Part shown: piece after piece, positions 38,160-47,668 of the stretch
Layout of the letters: every line of letters starts with the position of its first letter
How positions within the stretch are numbered: the stretch's first letter is position 1
Sequence record: MZ726797.1
Source: Escherichia phage vB_EcoS_AVIO78A
DNA length: 57,811 bases
Strand: one strand, 5' to 3'
Made by a program: the position numbers and the translations under genes
Notes under the pieces: generated by a model
Told to the model about the DNA's origin: nothing
The model's database searches: none
The model's input: the letters and a program-made list of their open reading frames with translations, nothing else

Positions 38160-38664
38160 AACAATAACTCCTGTACGCTTGTCGTTTTATTTTCTGATAG
38201 TCGGAAACTTTTACAGATCTCGTTTTACATTCACCGATATGATGTGGATCGAAAACAAACATCACCTGTGAACGGTCATTTCCTCCTGCTGGTAACCCGG
38301 TGTCAGGATCTACAAACGCTATACGACCTTTAAATACCCATAGTTCTGAACAATGTGTCAGTGCTTTATGAAACCAGTCTGCAGACGTCATAGCGTTCAC
38401 AAGTAATAACGAACCAGTTCCCTGATGGATGGTGGTTATTATTTTATTAACCCAGGGAGACGGATCGCTGTATGGTGGGTTGCACCAGATGAACCCACCA
38501 CCATTACTTTGAACAATCGAATGCCAGTCTTTATTCAGACTATCGGTGATAAACAACGAACATTTAGCGTTAGAACCATCGGTACACACATCAAGAACAA
38601 GTGGGAATTCACGAGAAACGTTATCAATAAAATCCCACGGTGTTTCCCAGTTGTCTTTAGCCAT
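38143..38664 (-). CDS. DNA N6-adenine methyltransferase (phage Dam-type)
   Basis: ORF 38143..38991 trimmed to ATG 38664 (MAKDNWETPWDF); NPPY catalytic motif. Confidence 0.7.
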   Translation of the reverse strand: MAKDNWETPWDFIDNVSREFPLVLDVCTDGSNAKCSLFITDSLNKDWHSIVQSNGGGFIWCNPPYSDPSPWVNKIITTIHQGTGSLLLVNAMTSADWFHKALTHCSELWVFKGRIAFVDPDTGLPAGGNDRSQVMFVFDPHHIGECKTRSVKVSDYQKIKRQAYRSYCYVHNR

Positions 38665-39010
38665 GTTCCGGTACGCTCTCCACGCTGTAATAAACGGGGA
38701 TACCCAGACGTTCAGCTTCTGCAATTTCTGCCAGCGTACCAGATGAACGACGATAATCAGGAAGCACCAGAACAGCGTCACAGCGGCGCATAACTTCAAG
38801 CGTGCCTGACAGGTAGTATTCAGGTTGTATATTGCGTAAACCGCCGTCAAAGTCCCACAATTCGGTGTTCTTGTGAGGAATAACCGGGAACCATCCCGGA
38901 CGTTGTAAAGCCAGTCGTTTACCTGCCTGTTCAGCGCGTGACACGTTACGGGATGTTTTAAGCGCACAATCAGCACGATAAGGCCCGGCAATGTAACAGA
39001 GTTTAATCAT
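38657..39010 (-). CDS. nucleoside 2-deoxyribosyltransferase-like protein (DUF4406-like)
   Basis: ORF 38657..39040 trimmed to ATG 39010; MIKLCYIAGPY...CDAVLVLP...SSGTLAEIAEAERLGIPV. Confidence 0.5.
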   Translation of the reverse strand: MIKLCYIAGPYRADCALKTSRNVSRAEQAGKRLALQRPGWFPVIPHKNTELWDFDGGLRNIQPEYYLSGTLEVMRRCDAVLVLPDYRRSSGTLAEIAEAERLGIPVYYSVESVPEHG

Positions 39011-39350
39011 GGTTGTTTTCCTGCGTTTGTAAGAACACAATCATTGCGGCACGGAGTGGGTTAGCGTGAATAACACATGAGTCATCCGCATAAATCATTT
39101 CTGTCGCATCACCAGTAATTCCATCAATAGCAGCATTGTCAGGTAAAGCGATCCATGATGAATCTGTTGAAACAATACTAATTTTATTTTCAATAATAAT
39201 CGGCATTGCATCAGTCGGATTAGTGGTATATTTGAAACCGCCCCGTGACCAACAACCTTGTATATCTTTATCGTCAGCATGAACACCGTAAATAACTTTC
39301 AAAACAAGGCGATCAATATCTCTATCATTCATCTTACTGTAATCAGTCAT
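39003..39350 (-). CDS. hypothetical protein
   Basis: ORF track. Confidence 0.45.
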   Translation of the reverse strand: MTDYSKMNDRDIDRLVLKVIYGVHADDKDIQGCWSRGGFKYTTNPTDAMPIIIENKISIVSTDSSWIALPDNAAIDGITGDATEMIYADDSCVIHANPLRAAMIVFLQTQENNHD

Positions 39351-39879
39351 GACGATTCATCCCTTCTAACATGTCCCAGATAAGCGCAACACGACGCGGG
39401 TCAGTGCTGATAGTGTGTAGAGTTTCACATCCGTAATGCCACCCCCAGCGAACGGATAATTCTGACAGCAGATAACCACGGGAATTAGCCAGTTCAGCCA
39501 GTTCACCGGGTTTAAATGTCGTTGTATTAGGTTCTGTAAGAACACGAGTACCACAGATAGCGTCACTGATGCGCCACGGTTTCATCAGGTCATCAACTTT
39601 GTACCAGTTACTGATACTGATTTCAGATGTTCCCCAGCGTACAGCCAGTTTCAGACGTTCCTGACGGGCCGGGAACATTGGCATTTGTGGTAAACGCAGT
39701 TGGATCTGTTCTGCAGGTTCGAACATATCATCGTCTGTTAAACGAAATTCACCACGGTCATCAATATAAAAACCACGGGAACGACCATCACGGGTGAACC
39801 CATCAACACGGTTGTAAATTTTACCAGGAGTAAAGACACCAATCGGTGAACCAGCTACAAATTTGTGTGAAGTATGCAT
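39343..39879 (-). CDS. hypothetical protein
   Basis: ORF track. Confidence 0.45.
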   Translation of the reverse strand: MHTSHKFVAGSPIGVFTPGKIYNRVDGFTRDGRSRGFYIDDRGEFRLTDDDMFEPAEQIQLRLPQMPMFPARQERLKLAVRWGTSEISISNWYKVDDLMKPWRISDAICGTRVLTEPNTTTFKPGELAELANSRGYLLSELSVRWGWHYGCETLHTISTDPRRVALIWDMLEGMNRHD

Positions 39880-39918
39880 TGTTATCGCCTCAATAAGTTT
39901 TAAATAATTCTATACGGT

Positions 39919-41775
39919 TTACCGAAGTGGTGCAACGAGTTTTTCAGCTTCTTTGATGTAAAAATCATAATTTAGCGTTGCCCGGTTAAAACGTTTCATG
40001 TCGTTGCACTCCGTGGTCAACCAACCTTTGCACACTGACATACGGCGCTCAGGCGCGTCAGGGTTCAGTTTCAGTGATTTTGCCAGTGGTGGCATGACTT
40101 TTGTCAACGGTGCACCATCTGTACTGACGTAATAACGGGTAATGTTCTGAACCTGTTTATCACCCCATAATAACTTGCTGTTACGCGGTACTTTCGTCAC
40201 CAACATAAAATCGTGAATGTCTTCGTGTGATGTTATAAAATCACGAATGTCTTTATTGTGTACCAGTGCTGCTTCAGCAGCTTTTGCGACAACCTGCATA
40301 CTGTGGTTTTGATGCCAACCCAGATCAACACTGTGACAATAAGCGCCTTTACGTTTAACCTTCTTACCACCTTCGTAAACAGCGATATAATTATTTACAT
40401 CGCGAATAAACATCACGTCATAAATCGCTTCTTCAAGCTGGAGTCTGGTTAATTTTTCCCACGCGTGACGAACCTGTTCTACTTGTTCGGTAAACACTCG
40501 TGGCACGTAAACCGTAAGACCATCTGTGTTAGCCTGGATCATGGACAAACCAGGGATTTTCAGAAGTTCTTCAGCCAACATACACAAAAGTAATTGTCCG
40601 TTAATCGTAATAGCCATTGTATAAGCAGGATCGTAGAACGGGCTGTATACGTTATTACTGTCACCATACACACCGTTTAACGCTAGTTTTAACATTGCAT
40701 TTTCTGGTGTACCTTTCGGGTAACTGGAACGCATGTCATAAACATTTTTATAAATGGTGCAAAATTGTTTACCCAGATGTGCTGGATAAAGTTCATTACT
40801 GATCGCAAGGTTCGGGTAAAAACTGGCAACGTCCAGATCGATGATCACATAATTTTCAGTGGACCTGATAGTTTGAGACTCAATAGACCCGTGGATACCA
40901 CCCGTACCAAAATCAAACGAGAACCCGTTAATGTCTGCGCTTAAATCCGTGAATACACCTTTTGTTTCAGTGATGACCTGTTGGCGTAACCAGTTAAGAA
41001 CACGATTAAATTCAGGCTGTTCAAAACGGACATAAGGGAAAATCACACTGTTCAATGCGATTGACGGTCTGTGCGTCTGTCGTGGTTTTCTACTACCCGG
41101 TTCGAAACATTGAATACCTGATTTTTCAAGTTCCATAATGAAATAGTCTTTACCGATTTTCGTGTCATTATGGTTCATGAAATTACGACCGTATTTAGCA
41201 GAAAGTTCACGACGAAAATCTATCAGCTTTTTACTGTGTTTATAAAACATCAAAGTCGCTTTTAAATCGTGTATCAGATATTGACGAAGCGTATCAATTT
41301 GAGAATCGGTTAAATAAGTCCCTGGCGTAAATGGGAGGTCTTCAATGTTTTCCATTCTCATGTTGAATTCAAGTGTTTTCAGACTTGTTCGTTTTGCCTG
41401 ATTGTCGAAATGATGAATTTTATATAAATCAAGCTGGGGAACTATCCAGTCTTTTTCCCACACCATATGAGCAAAACGATTTTCATCACCAGCGTTAATT
41501 ATCGAATCACCTTTTTTATAAATGTCTGCGTTGGTGATATACATGATATTGTTCAAAATAGAATGCTGAACAGGATAGTCGTAACCCAGATTGTTATAAC
41601 CAACTTCTTCATCACGATGTTCACGTAAATATTCTGTGAACAGGTAAAAAGCCTGACGATCATCGCGACGATGTGAAATCTCAAAAATATAAGGTGTTTC
41701 AGTTAACGCGTGAATAGCACCGAACAGAAAAACATTAGGATAGTTTTCAATATCGTGAACGTAAGCATCTGACAT
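39919..41775 (-). CDS. DNA polymerase (compact, family-B-like motifs)
   Basis: DLDVASFYPN (motif A-like), KLALNGVYGDS (motif B-like), ANTDGL (motif C-like), N-terminal DxE and YxxxD exonuclease-like motifs. Confidence 0.55.
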   Translation of the reverse strand: MSDAYVHDIENYPNVFLFGAIHALTETPYIFEISHRRDDRQAFYLFTEYLREHRDEEVGYNNLGYDYPVQHSILNNIMYITNADIYKKGDSIINAGDENRFAHMVWEKDWIVPQLDLYKIHHFDNQAKRTSLKTLEFNMRMENIEDLPFTPGTYLTDSQIDTLRQYLIHDLKATLMFYKHSKKLIDFRRELSAKYGRNFMNHNDTKIGKDYFIMELEKSGIQCFEPGSRKPRQTHRPSIALNSVIFPYVRFEQPEFNRVLNWLRQQVITETKGVFTDLSADINGFSFDFGTGGIHGSIESQTIRSTENYVIIDLDVASFYPNLAISNELYPAHLGKQFCTIYKNVYDMRSSYPKGTPENAMLKLALNGVYGDSNNVYSPFYDPAYTMAITINGQLLLCMLAEELLKIPGLSMIQANTDGLTVYVPRVFTEQVEQVRHAWEKLTRLQLEEAIYDVMFIRDVNNYIAVYEGGKKVKRKGAYCHSVDLGWHQNHSMQVVAKAAEAALVHNKDIRDFITSHEDIHDFMLVTKVPRNSKLLWGDKQVQNITRYYVSTDGAPLTKVMPPLAKSLKLNPDAPERRMSVCKGWLTTECNDMKRFNRATLNYDFYIKEAEKLVAPLR

Positions 41776-41855
41776 AATAAAATCCTGATAAGTAAATGGG
41801 GCACTATGGCCCCATGTCTGTTTAAAGCGGTATGTCGTCCCAGTTCCAGTAACTA

Positions 41856-42887
41856 TCAGTAACCGTTACCGTTGAGAAAATTCGGGGCCGGGGTGGTCAT
41901 TACCATATAACCGTTAGCGATCAGTTGTTCATCGTTCCAACCTTGCGCAATAAACTGTTCGTAAGTTGCACCACCTGCTTTTTCAGTCATTACTTTTACA
42001 GGTGCTGCCGCTGGTGTAGGCGTTGCTACAGGTGCTGCCGCTGGTGTAGGCGTTGCTACAGGTGCTGCCGCTGGTGTAGGCGTTGCTACAGGTGCTGCCG
42101 CTGGTGTAGGCGCTGCTACAGGTGCTGCCGCTGGTGTAGGCGTTGCTACAGGTGCTGCCGCTGGTGTAGGCGTTGCTACAGGTGCTGCCGCTGGTGTAGG
42201 CGTTGCTACAGGTGCTGCCGCTGGTGTAGGCGCTGCTACAGGTGCTGCCGCTGGTGTAGGCGCTGCTACAGGTGCTGCCGCTGGTGTTACGCCGATCGGA
42301 CGTGCACCTTCAGGCATTGCAGGAGCAGCACCGAACACAGATGCAGGAGCCGGACCAGAAATGATTTCTTCACCCGCATAAAGCAATTGCGCCATTTCCA
42401 TGTTGATATATACGCCAGCCTGATTACCTGTACGACCGTTTGCAACAGATGATCCGCTGATACGGTAGTAATAACCTTTTTTCGCCAGATTTTTATCAAT
42501 AACTGGCTGGTACGCTGCGTTATAAACCGGACACGCATCAATAGCCACGTTGCGTGAGAAACCAATTACCCAGTGACCAGCATAACCAGTTTTACTCGCA
42601 TGTTTCGGATCGTCACCGTTAATAATTTTCCATGCGAAAGTGGGTTGTTGTGGTTCGCCGTTCACATAGTGTGAGTTAGCCACTCGCATAATCGCCTGGA
42701 ATACCGCACCCAGTTCACCTTGTTCTTCCCACCAGTTCGCCGCTGTTTTAGGAAACGCCAGGCCAACCCACCAGTTGTGTTTTTCAGGTGCTAACGGTTT
42801 ATTTTCGTGGTCATGAGTGTTGATATCGAAAAAAGAACCGCCAACCAGACGACCAACCGGAGTTACAAAAGATTCTTTCTGTGCCAT
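41856..42887 (-). CDS. ssDNA-binding protein-like (DUF2815-like N-domain) with Pro/Ala repeat linker and conserved C-terminal motif
   Basis: VGRL...FPK pattern; PAAAPVA[TA]PT x ~9.5; C-terminal TYEQFIAQGWNDEQL. Confidence 0.5.
   Translation of the reverse strand: MAQKESFVTPVGRLVGGSFFDINTHDHENKPLAPEKHNWWVGLAFPKTAANWWEEQGELGAVFQAIMRVANSHYVNGEPQQPTFAWKIINGDDPKHASKTGYAGHWVIGFSRNVAIDACPVYNAAYQPVIDKNLAKKGYYYRISGSSVANGRTGNQAGVYINMEMAQLLYAGEEIISGPAPASVFGAAPAMPEGARPIGVTPAAAPVAAPTPAAAPVAAPTPAAAPVATPTPAAAPVATPTPAAAPVATPTPAAAPVAAPTPAAAPVATPTPAAAPVATPTPAAAPVATPTPAAAPVKVMTEKAGGATYEQFIAQGWNDEQLIANGYMVMTTPAPNFLNGNGY
41996..42288. repeat. tandem 30-bp repeat (~9.5 copies) encoding the Pro/Ala linker
   Basis: GGTGCTGCCGCTGGTGTAGGCG[T/C]TGCTACA repeated contiguously. 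Confidence 0.9.
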
Positions 42888-42902
42888 GTTATTAACCTTC
42901 TT

Positions 42903-44048
42903 TTAAAGTGGACGTGCGCCAGTCGGCATCGTCACGGGTTTGTTAAAAACAGATTCTGCCAGTGTGCTGTGACCTTTACGCGGGTCACTGTCAGGTACTA
43001 AAACTGGCTGACCTTCTGGTTTTGTCGTACACATGTCAACAAGTGCCGGAGGCAGTGATTTTTCCAGTGTTGACAACGGTTTTAATTTACGTTCGTACAA
43101 TGTTTCAGGGTTTACACCAAACATGGGTGCAGCACCGATCAGTTTTCCTTCGTCCGTAAGCTGACGTCGGGTTTGCTTTGTTGCAAGTTTAAAACCCGGT
43201 AAAGCCTTACCCATGCGAACAAAATGTAACCCCTGAGTATGTAACGCTGTTTTTGCTTCAGAAGAACGCGTATACAGTTCTTCAAGAAGTGCCAGACGAC
43301 GCGCTACTTCTTCTGGCGTAAGTGATGGTGGTGCATCAAGAACAGTAGCCAATTCTAAAACCCTCTCATACATCGCCGGACACATACCACGCGCCGGACA
43401 GTAATGACAATGACTACCAACATTTAACGGTGCGTCTGGTTTATGTGCTTCGTTAAACCCGTGTTTAAATCGTTCAGCCCATTCCATCAATGTTGTCCGG
43501 TTAAACTCCCACCGTCTTACAAGTCCGAGTGGGTGATAAGCCCGTGGCTGAACAATTGTGAACACAACGCGCTTAACAGTATCAATACAACGTTGGTCCA
43601 GTGCGTAATAGACCCCCTGTGAATTATCAACTGCTTCAACTGCGATATGACCGTATTTATAATCCCATACGTAAAGCGTATCAGTATTAAAATCATACCA
43701 GCGATAATCACAGGTTCCGTACTGACCGGGTAACAACCAGTCAATGTGAATGCGAACTTCTGAAAACAGCGGATCAAGTTTCGCACCAACTGAAAGAACA
43801 TCTGCTATAAAGTCATCCGCGTAAATATGCATGTCTTCAGTAACCTGAACACCGTTAGGAGCAAGACACGGCATTAATGGCGGTTTGCCTTTAATCTTCT
43901 GTTCTAACACCCAGTGCCCGGCTGTACCTTCTTCAGCACTGGGTGATGATGGTTCTACATAGTCAATCCGCTGTGACAGTTGAACGCTACCCGGACAAGC
44001 TAACCAACGTTTTGATCCACTGGCACTAAAGGTAGCGTGACTGGTCAT
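42903..44048 (-). CDS. PD-(D/E)XK-type nuclease (DUF2800/Cas4-like, putative)
   Basis: N-terminal SASGSKRWLACPGS pattern; C-terminal Cys cluster; adjacent to SSB-like gene. Confidence 0.5.
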   Translation of the reverse strand: MTSHATFSASGSKRWLACPGSVQLSQRIDYVEPSSPSAEEGTAGHWVLEQKIKGKPPLMPCLAPNGVQVTEDMHIYADDFIADVLSVGAKLDPLFSEVRIHIDWLLPGQYGTCDYRWYDFNTDTLYVWDYKYGHIAVEAVDNSQGVYYALDQRCIDTVKRVVFTIVQPRAYHPLGLVRRWEFNRTTLMEWAERFKHGFNEAHKPDAPLNVGSHCHYCPARGMCPAMYERVLELATVLDAPPSLTPEEVARRLALLEELYTRSSEAKTALHTQGLHFVRMGKALPGFKLATKQTRRQLTDEGKLIGAAPMFGVNPETLYERKLKPLSTLEKSLPPALVDMCTTKPEGQPVLVPDSDPRKGHSTLAESVFNKPVTMPTGARPL

Positions 44049-44800
44049 CAGAATGCTCCACCCATTTGTTTAACAGATTCAGCCTGACCAACAATGTTTT
44101 CAGCATCAGCCGGGGCCGCGTTAATGCGTTCAATCAGTTCGATGATAGATTTCAGTTTTACCGGGTCGTCAATCTGCATCACGTTCTGAGTTTCATACAG
44201 TCCCATGATTCGCTGACTTAATGGCGCAGCACGGTCACCCGTAATTTGTCCAAACATCTGCATCAGTGCTGACTGAAGAACCTGTGTGTTATAAACTTTA
44301 GCCGGATCCGTGGTTACAGGTTGCTCGACAGGCGCGACTGGTGCAGCCGGTGCTGCTGGTACAACTGGAGCTACCGGAGCGGCAGGAACCGCTGGAGCAG
44401 GATCAACAGGTGCTACATAACCTGGTGCAAGTTCTGCAGGTCCGGTATAACGCCCTGCTTCAACTGCTTCAGCGATAAGTTCACGTTTAACACCGTCAAC
44501 AAACGCTTCATCCAGTTTTTTCTTTTGACGCCACAGACCATCACCTTTGTTCAGGGATTTACTGTCAGTGTGGATACGCGGATCATGACGCAAACCCCAT
44601 TTGTCGAACTCTTCAGTACTGGTTTCGTTATCGTCAACATCTTCAGTTGGTGCAGATACAACAGGCAGTGATTCAGCAACGACAGAAACAATTTCTTCTT
44701 TCGTAATCGGTGCGACACTGTTACCAGCAATCGCTGCTGCCAGATTGTTGATCGCAGTTTCCAGACCCGGAGCAGTTACAAGTAATTTAACTTCGAACAT
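44048..44800 (-). CDS. hypothetical protein with Pro/Ala-rich linker
   Basis: ORF track; first gene after tandem promoters. Confidence 0.5.
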   Translation of the reverse strand: MFEVKLLVTAPGLETAINNLAAAIAGNSVAPITKEEIVSVVAESLPVVSAPTEDVDDNETSTEEFDKWGLRHDPRIHTDSKSLNKGDGLWRQKKKLDEAFVDGVKRELIAEAVEAGRYTGPAELAPGYVAPVDPAPAVPAAPVAPVVPAAPAAPVAPVEQPVTTDPAKVYNTQVLQSALMQMFGQITGDRAAPLSQRIMGLYETQNVMQIDDPVKLKSIIELIERINAAPADAENIVGQAESVKQMGGAF

Positions 44801-44832
44801 TACGTTTTCCTCTTGTTGTTTGGTTGTCGCTA

Positions 44833-44876
44833 ACTTTAAAAGGTGTTGTGCAATCTGTCAAGAATTATTTTACACT
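44833..44876 (-). promoter_or_regulatory. conserved promoter (-35 TTGACA, -10 TAAAGT), proximal of tandem pair
   Basis: motif family member. Confidence 0.6.
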
Positions 44877-44894
44877 CGCCTTTCGTTGATGCAG

Positions 44895-44939
44895 ATGTTA
44901 GAGGAATAAGTTGCAATGCGTCAAGAACTATTTTAAACT
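44895..44939 (-). promoter_or_regulatory. conserved promoter (-35 TTGACG, -10 TAACAT), distal of tandem pair
   Basis: motif family member. Confidence 0.55.
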
Positions 44940-44970
44940 TTTTTCACGATTCGATATTACAGGGTAGAAA

Positions 44971-46632
44971 ATGAAAGCTCGTTATTATCAGACTGAAGCT
45001 ATCAATAACGTATGTCAGGCATGGTCAAGCGGTGCTGACGACGTGATTCTTGTGCTTCCCACGGGGGCAGGAAAAACGTTCTGTATGTCTGAACTGGTAA
45101 AAACAAGAGACGGTGTAAAAGTCATCCAGGCACACCGTAAAGAACTGGTTAGTCAAATCGCAATGGCTGTTGCTCGCCAGGGGTTAGCACACAGATTTAT
45201 AGCGCAAAAAGATACTGTTAAGTTTGCAACTAATCAGCAGATGAAAACGCTTGGTTACAGTACCTATTCCCCCGGTGCTGACATCGTTATTACCAGTTCA
45301 CAAACGTTAAGAACAAAACAGTACGAACGATGGTACAACGACGTGTCTCTTGTGTTTAGCGACGAAGCGCATCACCTGGTGCGTGGCACACAGTGGGGAG
45401 ACTGCCGGGAAAAATTCCCTAACGCTAAAGGTCTGGGTGTTACAGCTACACCGATCCGTGCTGACGGTAAAGGCTTGGGTCGTCATGCGTCAGGTTACGC
45501 AGATCAGATGATCATTGGTCCGTCAATGCGTGAGTTAATCAGTCAACAACATCTGGCCGATTATCGTCTGATTATGGCTGAAACAGACCTGGAATTAACT
45601 GCAGAAATGATTTCCCATACAACGGGTGATTACAAACCATCTGCGTTAAAAAAAGCGATGGAAGATTCAAACATTGTTGGTGATACCGTCAGTACGTGGA
45701 AAACGTACGCAGACGGTTTGCTCACTGTTGTGTTTACGTGTGATGTGGATTCTGCTGAAGCACTGGCACAAGAATTTCGCGATGCGGGTATTCCAGCAGA
45801 GGCGATCAGCTCACGAAACAGCAATCAGGAACGAGCGGATATCCTGGAACGTTTTGAACGACGTAAAACACTCGTGCTGTGTAACAACGATTTATTCGGT
45901 GAAGGATACGATTGTCCGGCAATGGAATGTGCAGTAATGGACCGTCCCACAGAATCTTACTCTTTGTTTGTACAACAAATGGGTCGACCATTGCGTTTCA
46001 AACCGGGTAAAAAAGCACTGATTATTGATAAAGTCGGTAATGTTCGTCGATTTCTGACCCGTGGTTTTCCACTTCCCGATCAGCATTACAACTGGTCTTT
46101 AGATGACCGCGACCGTCGTTCGTCAAACAGCAGTGGGAACAGTAATACAACATGCACAAACAAGGGTGATCCTGATAACGGTATCCCACCGTGTCTGAAG
46201 CCTTATCCGTCTGGTCTTCCGTGCTGCCCGTATTGTGGTCATGTTCCTGAAAAAGCCGAACGCTCAGGCCCGGATCGTGTAGAAGGTAATTTACGTGAAC
46301 TGACACCTGAAGAACTGGAAGAATTACGCCGGGCAGTTGTGATAATCGACCGTGATCCTGTTGCAGTAAAAGAACAAATGTTAAACGCTGGTGCACCCCC
46401 TGTTGCAGCTTACAGTGCAATGAAAAACATTCAGGCAATGAACGATGCACAGCGTAAGTTACGCAGCATGATCACCACATGGGCAGGTATTCAACGTGAT
46501 AAAGGTATACCCGTTGATGACGCTTACAAGATGTTTTACAGGGTGTTTGGTGTTGATGTACTTAGTGCACAGGGCTTACGTACTCGTGAAGCTAATGAAC
46601 TCGCCGCAAGGGTTGCAAGTTCATTAATCTGA
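44971..46632 (+). CDS. superfamily 2 helicase with internal zinc ribbon
   Basis: Walker A PTGAGKT, DEAH-like FSDEAHH, CCPYCGH. Confidence 0.7.
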   Translation: MKARYYQTEAINNVCQAWSSGADDVILVLPTGAGKTFCMSELVKTRDGVKVIQAHRKELVSQIAMAVARQGLAHRFIAQKDTVKFATNQQMKTLGYSTYSPGADIVITSSQTLRTKQYERWYNDVSLVFSDEAHHLVRGTQWGDCREKFPNAKGLGVTATPIRADGKGLGRHASGYADQMIIGPSMRELISQQHLADYRLIMAETDLELTAEMISHTTGDYKPSALKKAMEDSNIVGDTVSTWKTYADGLLTVVFTCDVDSAEALAQEFRDAGIPAEAISSRNSNQERADILERFERRKTLVLCNNDLFGEGYDCPAMECAVMDRPTESYSLFVQQMGRPLRFKPGKKALIIDKVGNVRRFLTRGFPLPDQHYNWSLDDRDRRSSNSSGNSNTTCTNKGDPDNGIPPCLKPYPSGLPCCPYCGHVPEKAERSGPDRVEGNLRELTPEELEELRRAVVIIDRDPVAVKEQMLNAGAPPVAAYSAMKNIQAMNDAQRKLRSMITTWAGIQRDKGIPVDDAYKMFYRVFGVDVLSAQGLRTREANELAARVASSLI

Positions 46633-46673
46633 TGGTAATCTGCATAGAAATATTTTAAACGTAAGGAACTGTA

Positions 46674-47180
46674 ATGCGTGATTTGATGGTTGACATTGAA
46701 ACGTGTGGTACTAAACCGGGTTGTGCAGTGCTGTCAATTGGCGCTGTTTATTTTGATCGTCAGGGTAATATTGGTGAAACGTTTTACGCATCAATGGGTT
46801 TTAATGCACTTGCTTATGGTCACACGGACCCTGACACTATGAAGTGGTGGTCGCAGCAGTCAGAACAAGCACAAAAAGATGCTTTTGGTGGTACTGCCGA
46901 TCCTGTTCAGGTTGCTAAAGATTTTGCCAAATTCATCTGGCACGATGCTAAACCGTGGGGAAATGGTTGCACATTCGATATCACTATTCTGGAAGCATGG
47001 TTTAATGCTGTTGGGGTTCGTTGCCCGTGGAAGTTCTGGAATGTTCGTGATGTTCGTACAGCTGTTGATTTGCTGGGTATTAACCCGAAAGAATTTACCC
47101 GTGACGGTACTTACCACAACGCGTTAGACGACTGTTTACACCAGATTAAACATCTTACTAGTGGGACTAAAACATTATGA
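46674..47180 (+). CDS. DEDD-family 3-prime-5-prime exonuclease (DnaQ-like)
   Basis: N-terminal MVDIETCG (Exo I-like), C-terminal HNALDD. Confidence 0.6.
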   Translation: MRDLMVDIETCGTKPGCAVLSIGAVYFDRQGNIGETFYASMGFNALAYGHTDPDTMKWWSQQSEQAQKDAFGGTADPVQVAKDFAKFIWHDAKPWGNGCTFDITILEAWFNAVGVRCPWKFWNVRDVRTAVDLLGINPKEFTRDGTYHNALDDCLHQIKHLTSGTKTL

Positions 47181-47668
47181 CAACGCTTGAACAATGGGCG
47201 ATTCGTCACGGTATTAGTCAGATGGCGTTGTACGAGTTATACGCGCTTTATCAGCCTGATGGGACACCACACGAAGACGGTGTAAGTGAAAGCGCCACCA
47301 GTAAAGAGTGTGAACTGATTGCGGCACGTTCCGGGCAACGTATCTGGCGTAATAACTCAGGTGCTCTGAAAAACGAAAAAGGAATGATGGTTCGTTATGG
47401 TCTTGGTAACACCAGTGCGAAAATCAACGCTGTTATGAAGTCAAGCGACTACATCGGCATTAAAACCAAAATCGTTACACCGGATATGATCGGTTCGAAA
47501 GTGGGCATCTTTATTGCTGCCGAAATGAAACGCCCTGACTGGCACATGATCCCCAGTGATAAACGTGCACAAGCACAGGCCACTTTCGGTGCGATTGTTG
47601 AAAACGCAGGTGGTGAATTTCGTTTCATCACTCACCCTTCACAATTTGAAAAATGGATTAAACAATGA
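47177..47668 (+). CDS. VRR-NUC-type nuclease (putative)
   Basis: SDYIGI...EMK resembling a PD-(D/E)xK core. Confidence 0.45.
   Translation: MTTLEQWAIRHGISQMALYELYALYQPDGTPHEDGVSESATSKECELIAARSGQRIWRNNSGALKNEKGMMVRYGLGNTSAKINAVMKSSDYIGIKTKIVTPDMIGSKVGIFIAAEMKRPDWHMIPSDKRAQAQATFGAIVENAGGEFRFITHPSQFEKWIKQ

Noticed and set aside
41996-42288. Possible CRISPR array (regular repeats)
   Set aside because: Repeats are contiguous with no spacers, in frame within a protein-coding gene, and no cas genes are present; the same applies to 56826..56935.
41925-42452. 175-aa plus-strand ORF with CCRWCRRCYR repeats
   Set aside because: It is the antisense reading of the 30-bp tandem repeat inside the SSB-like gene; no RBS, and the repeat is in frame with the minus-strand gene.
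46022-46450. 142-aa minus-strand ORF
   Set aside because: Antisense within the helicase gene; no expression signals.
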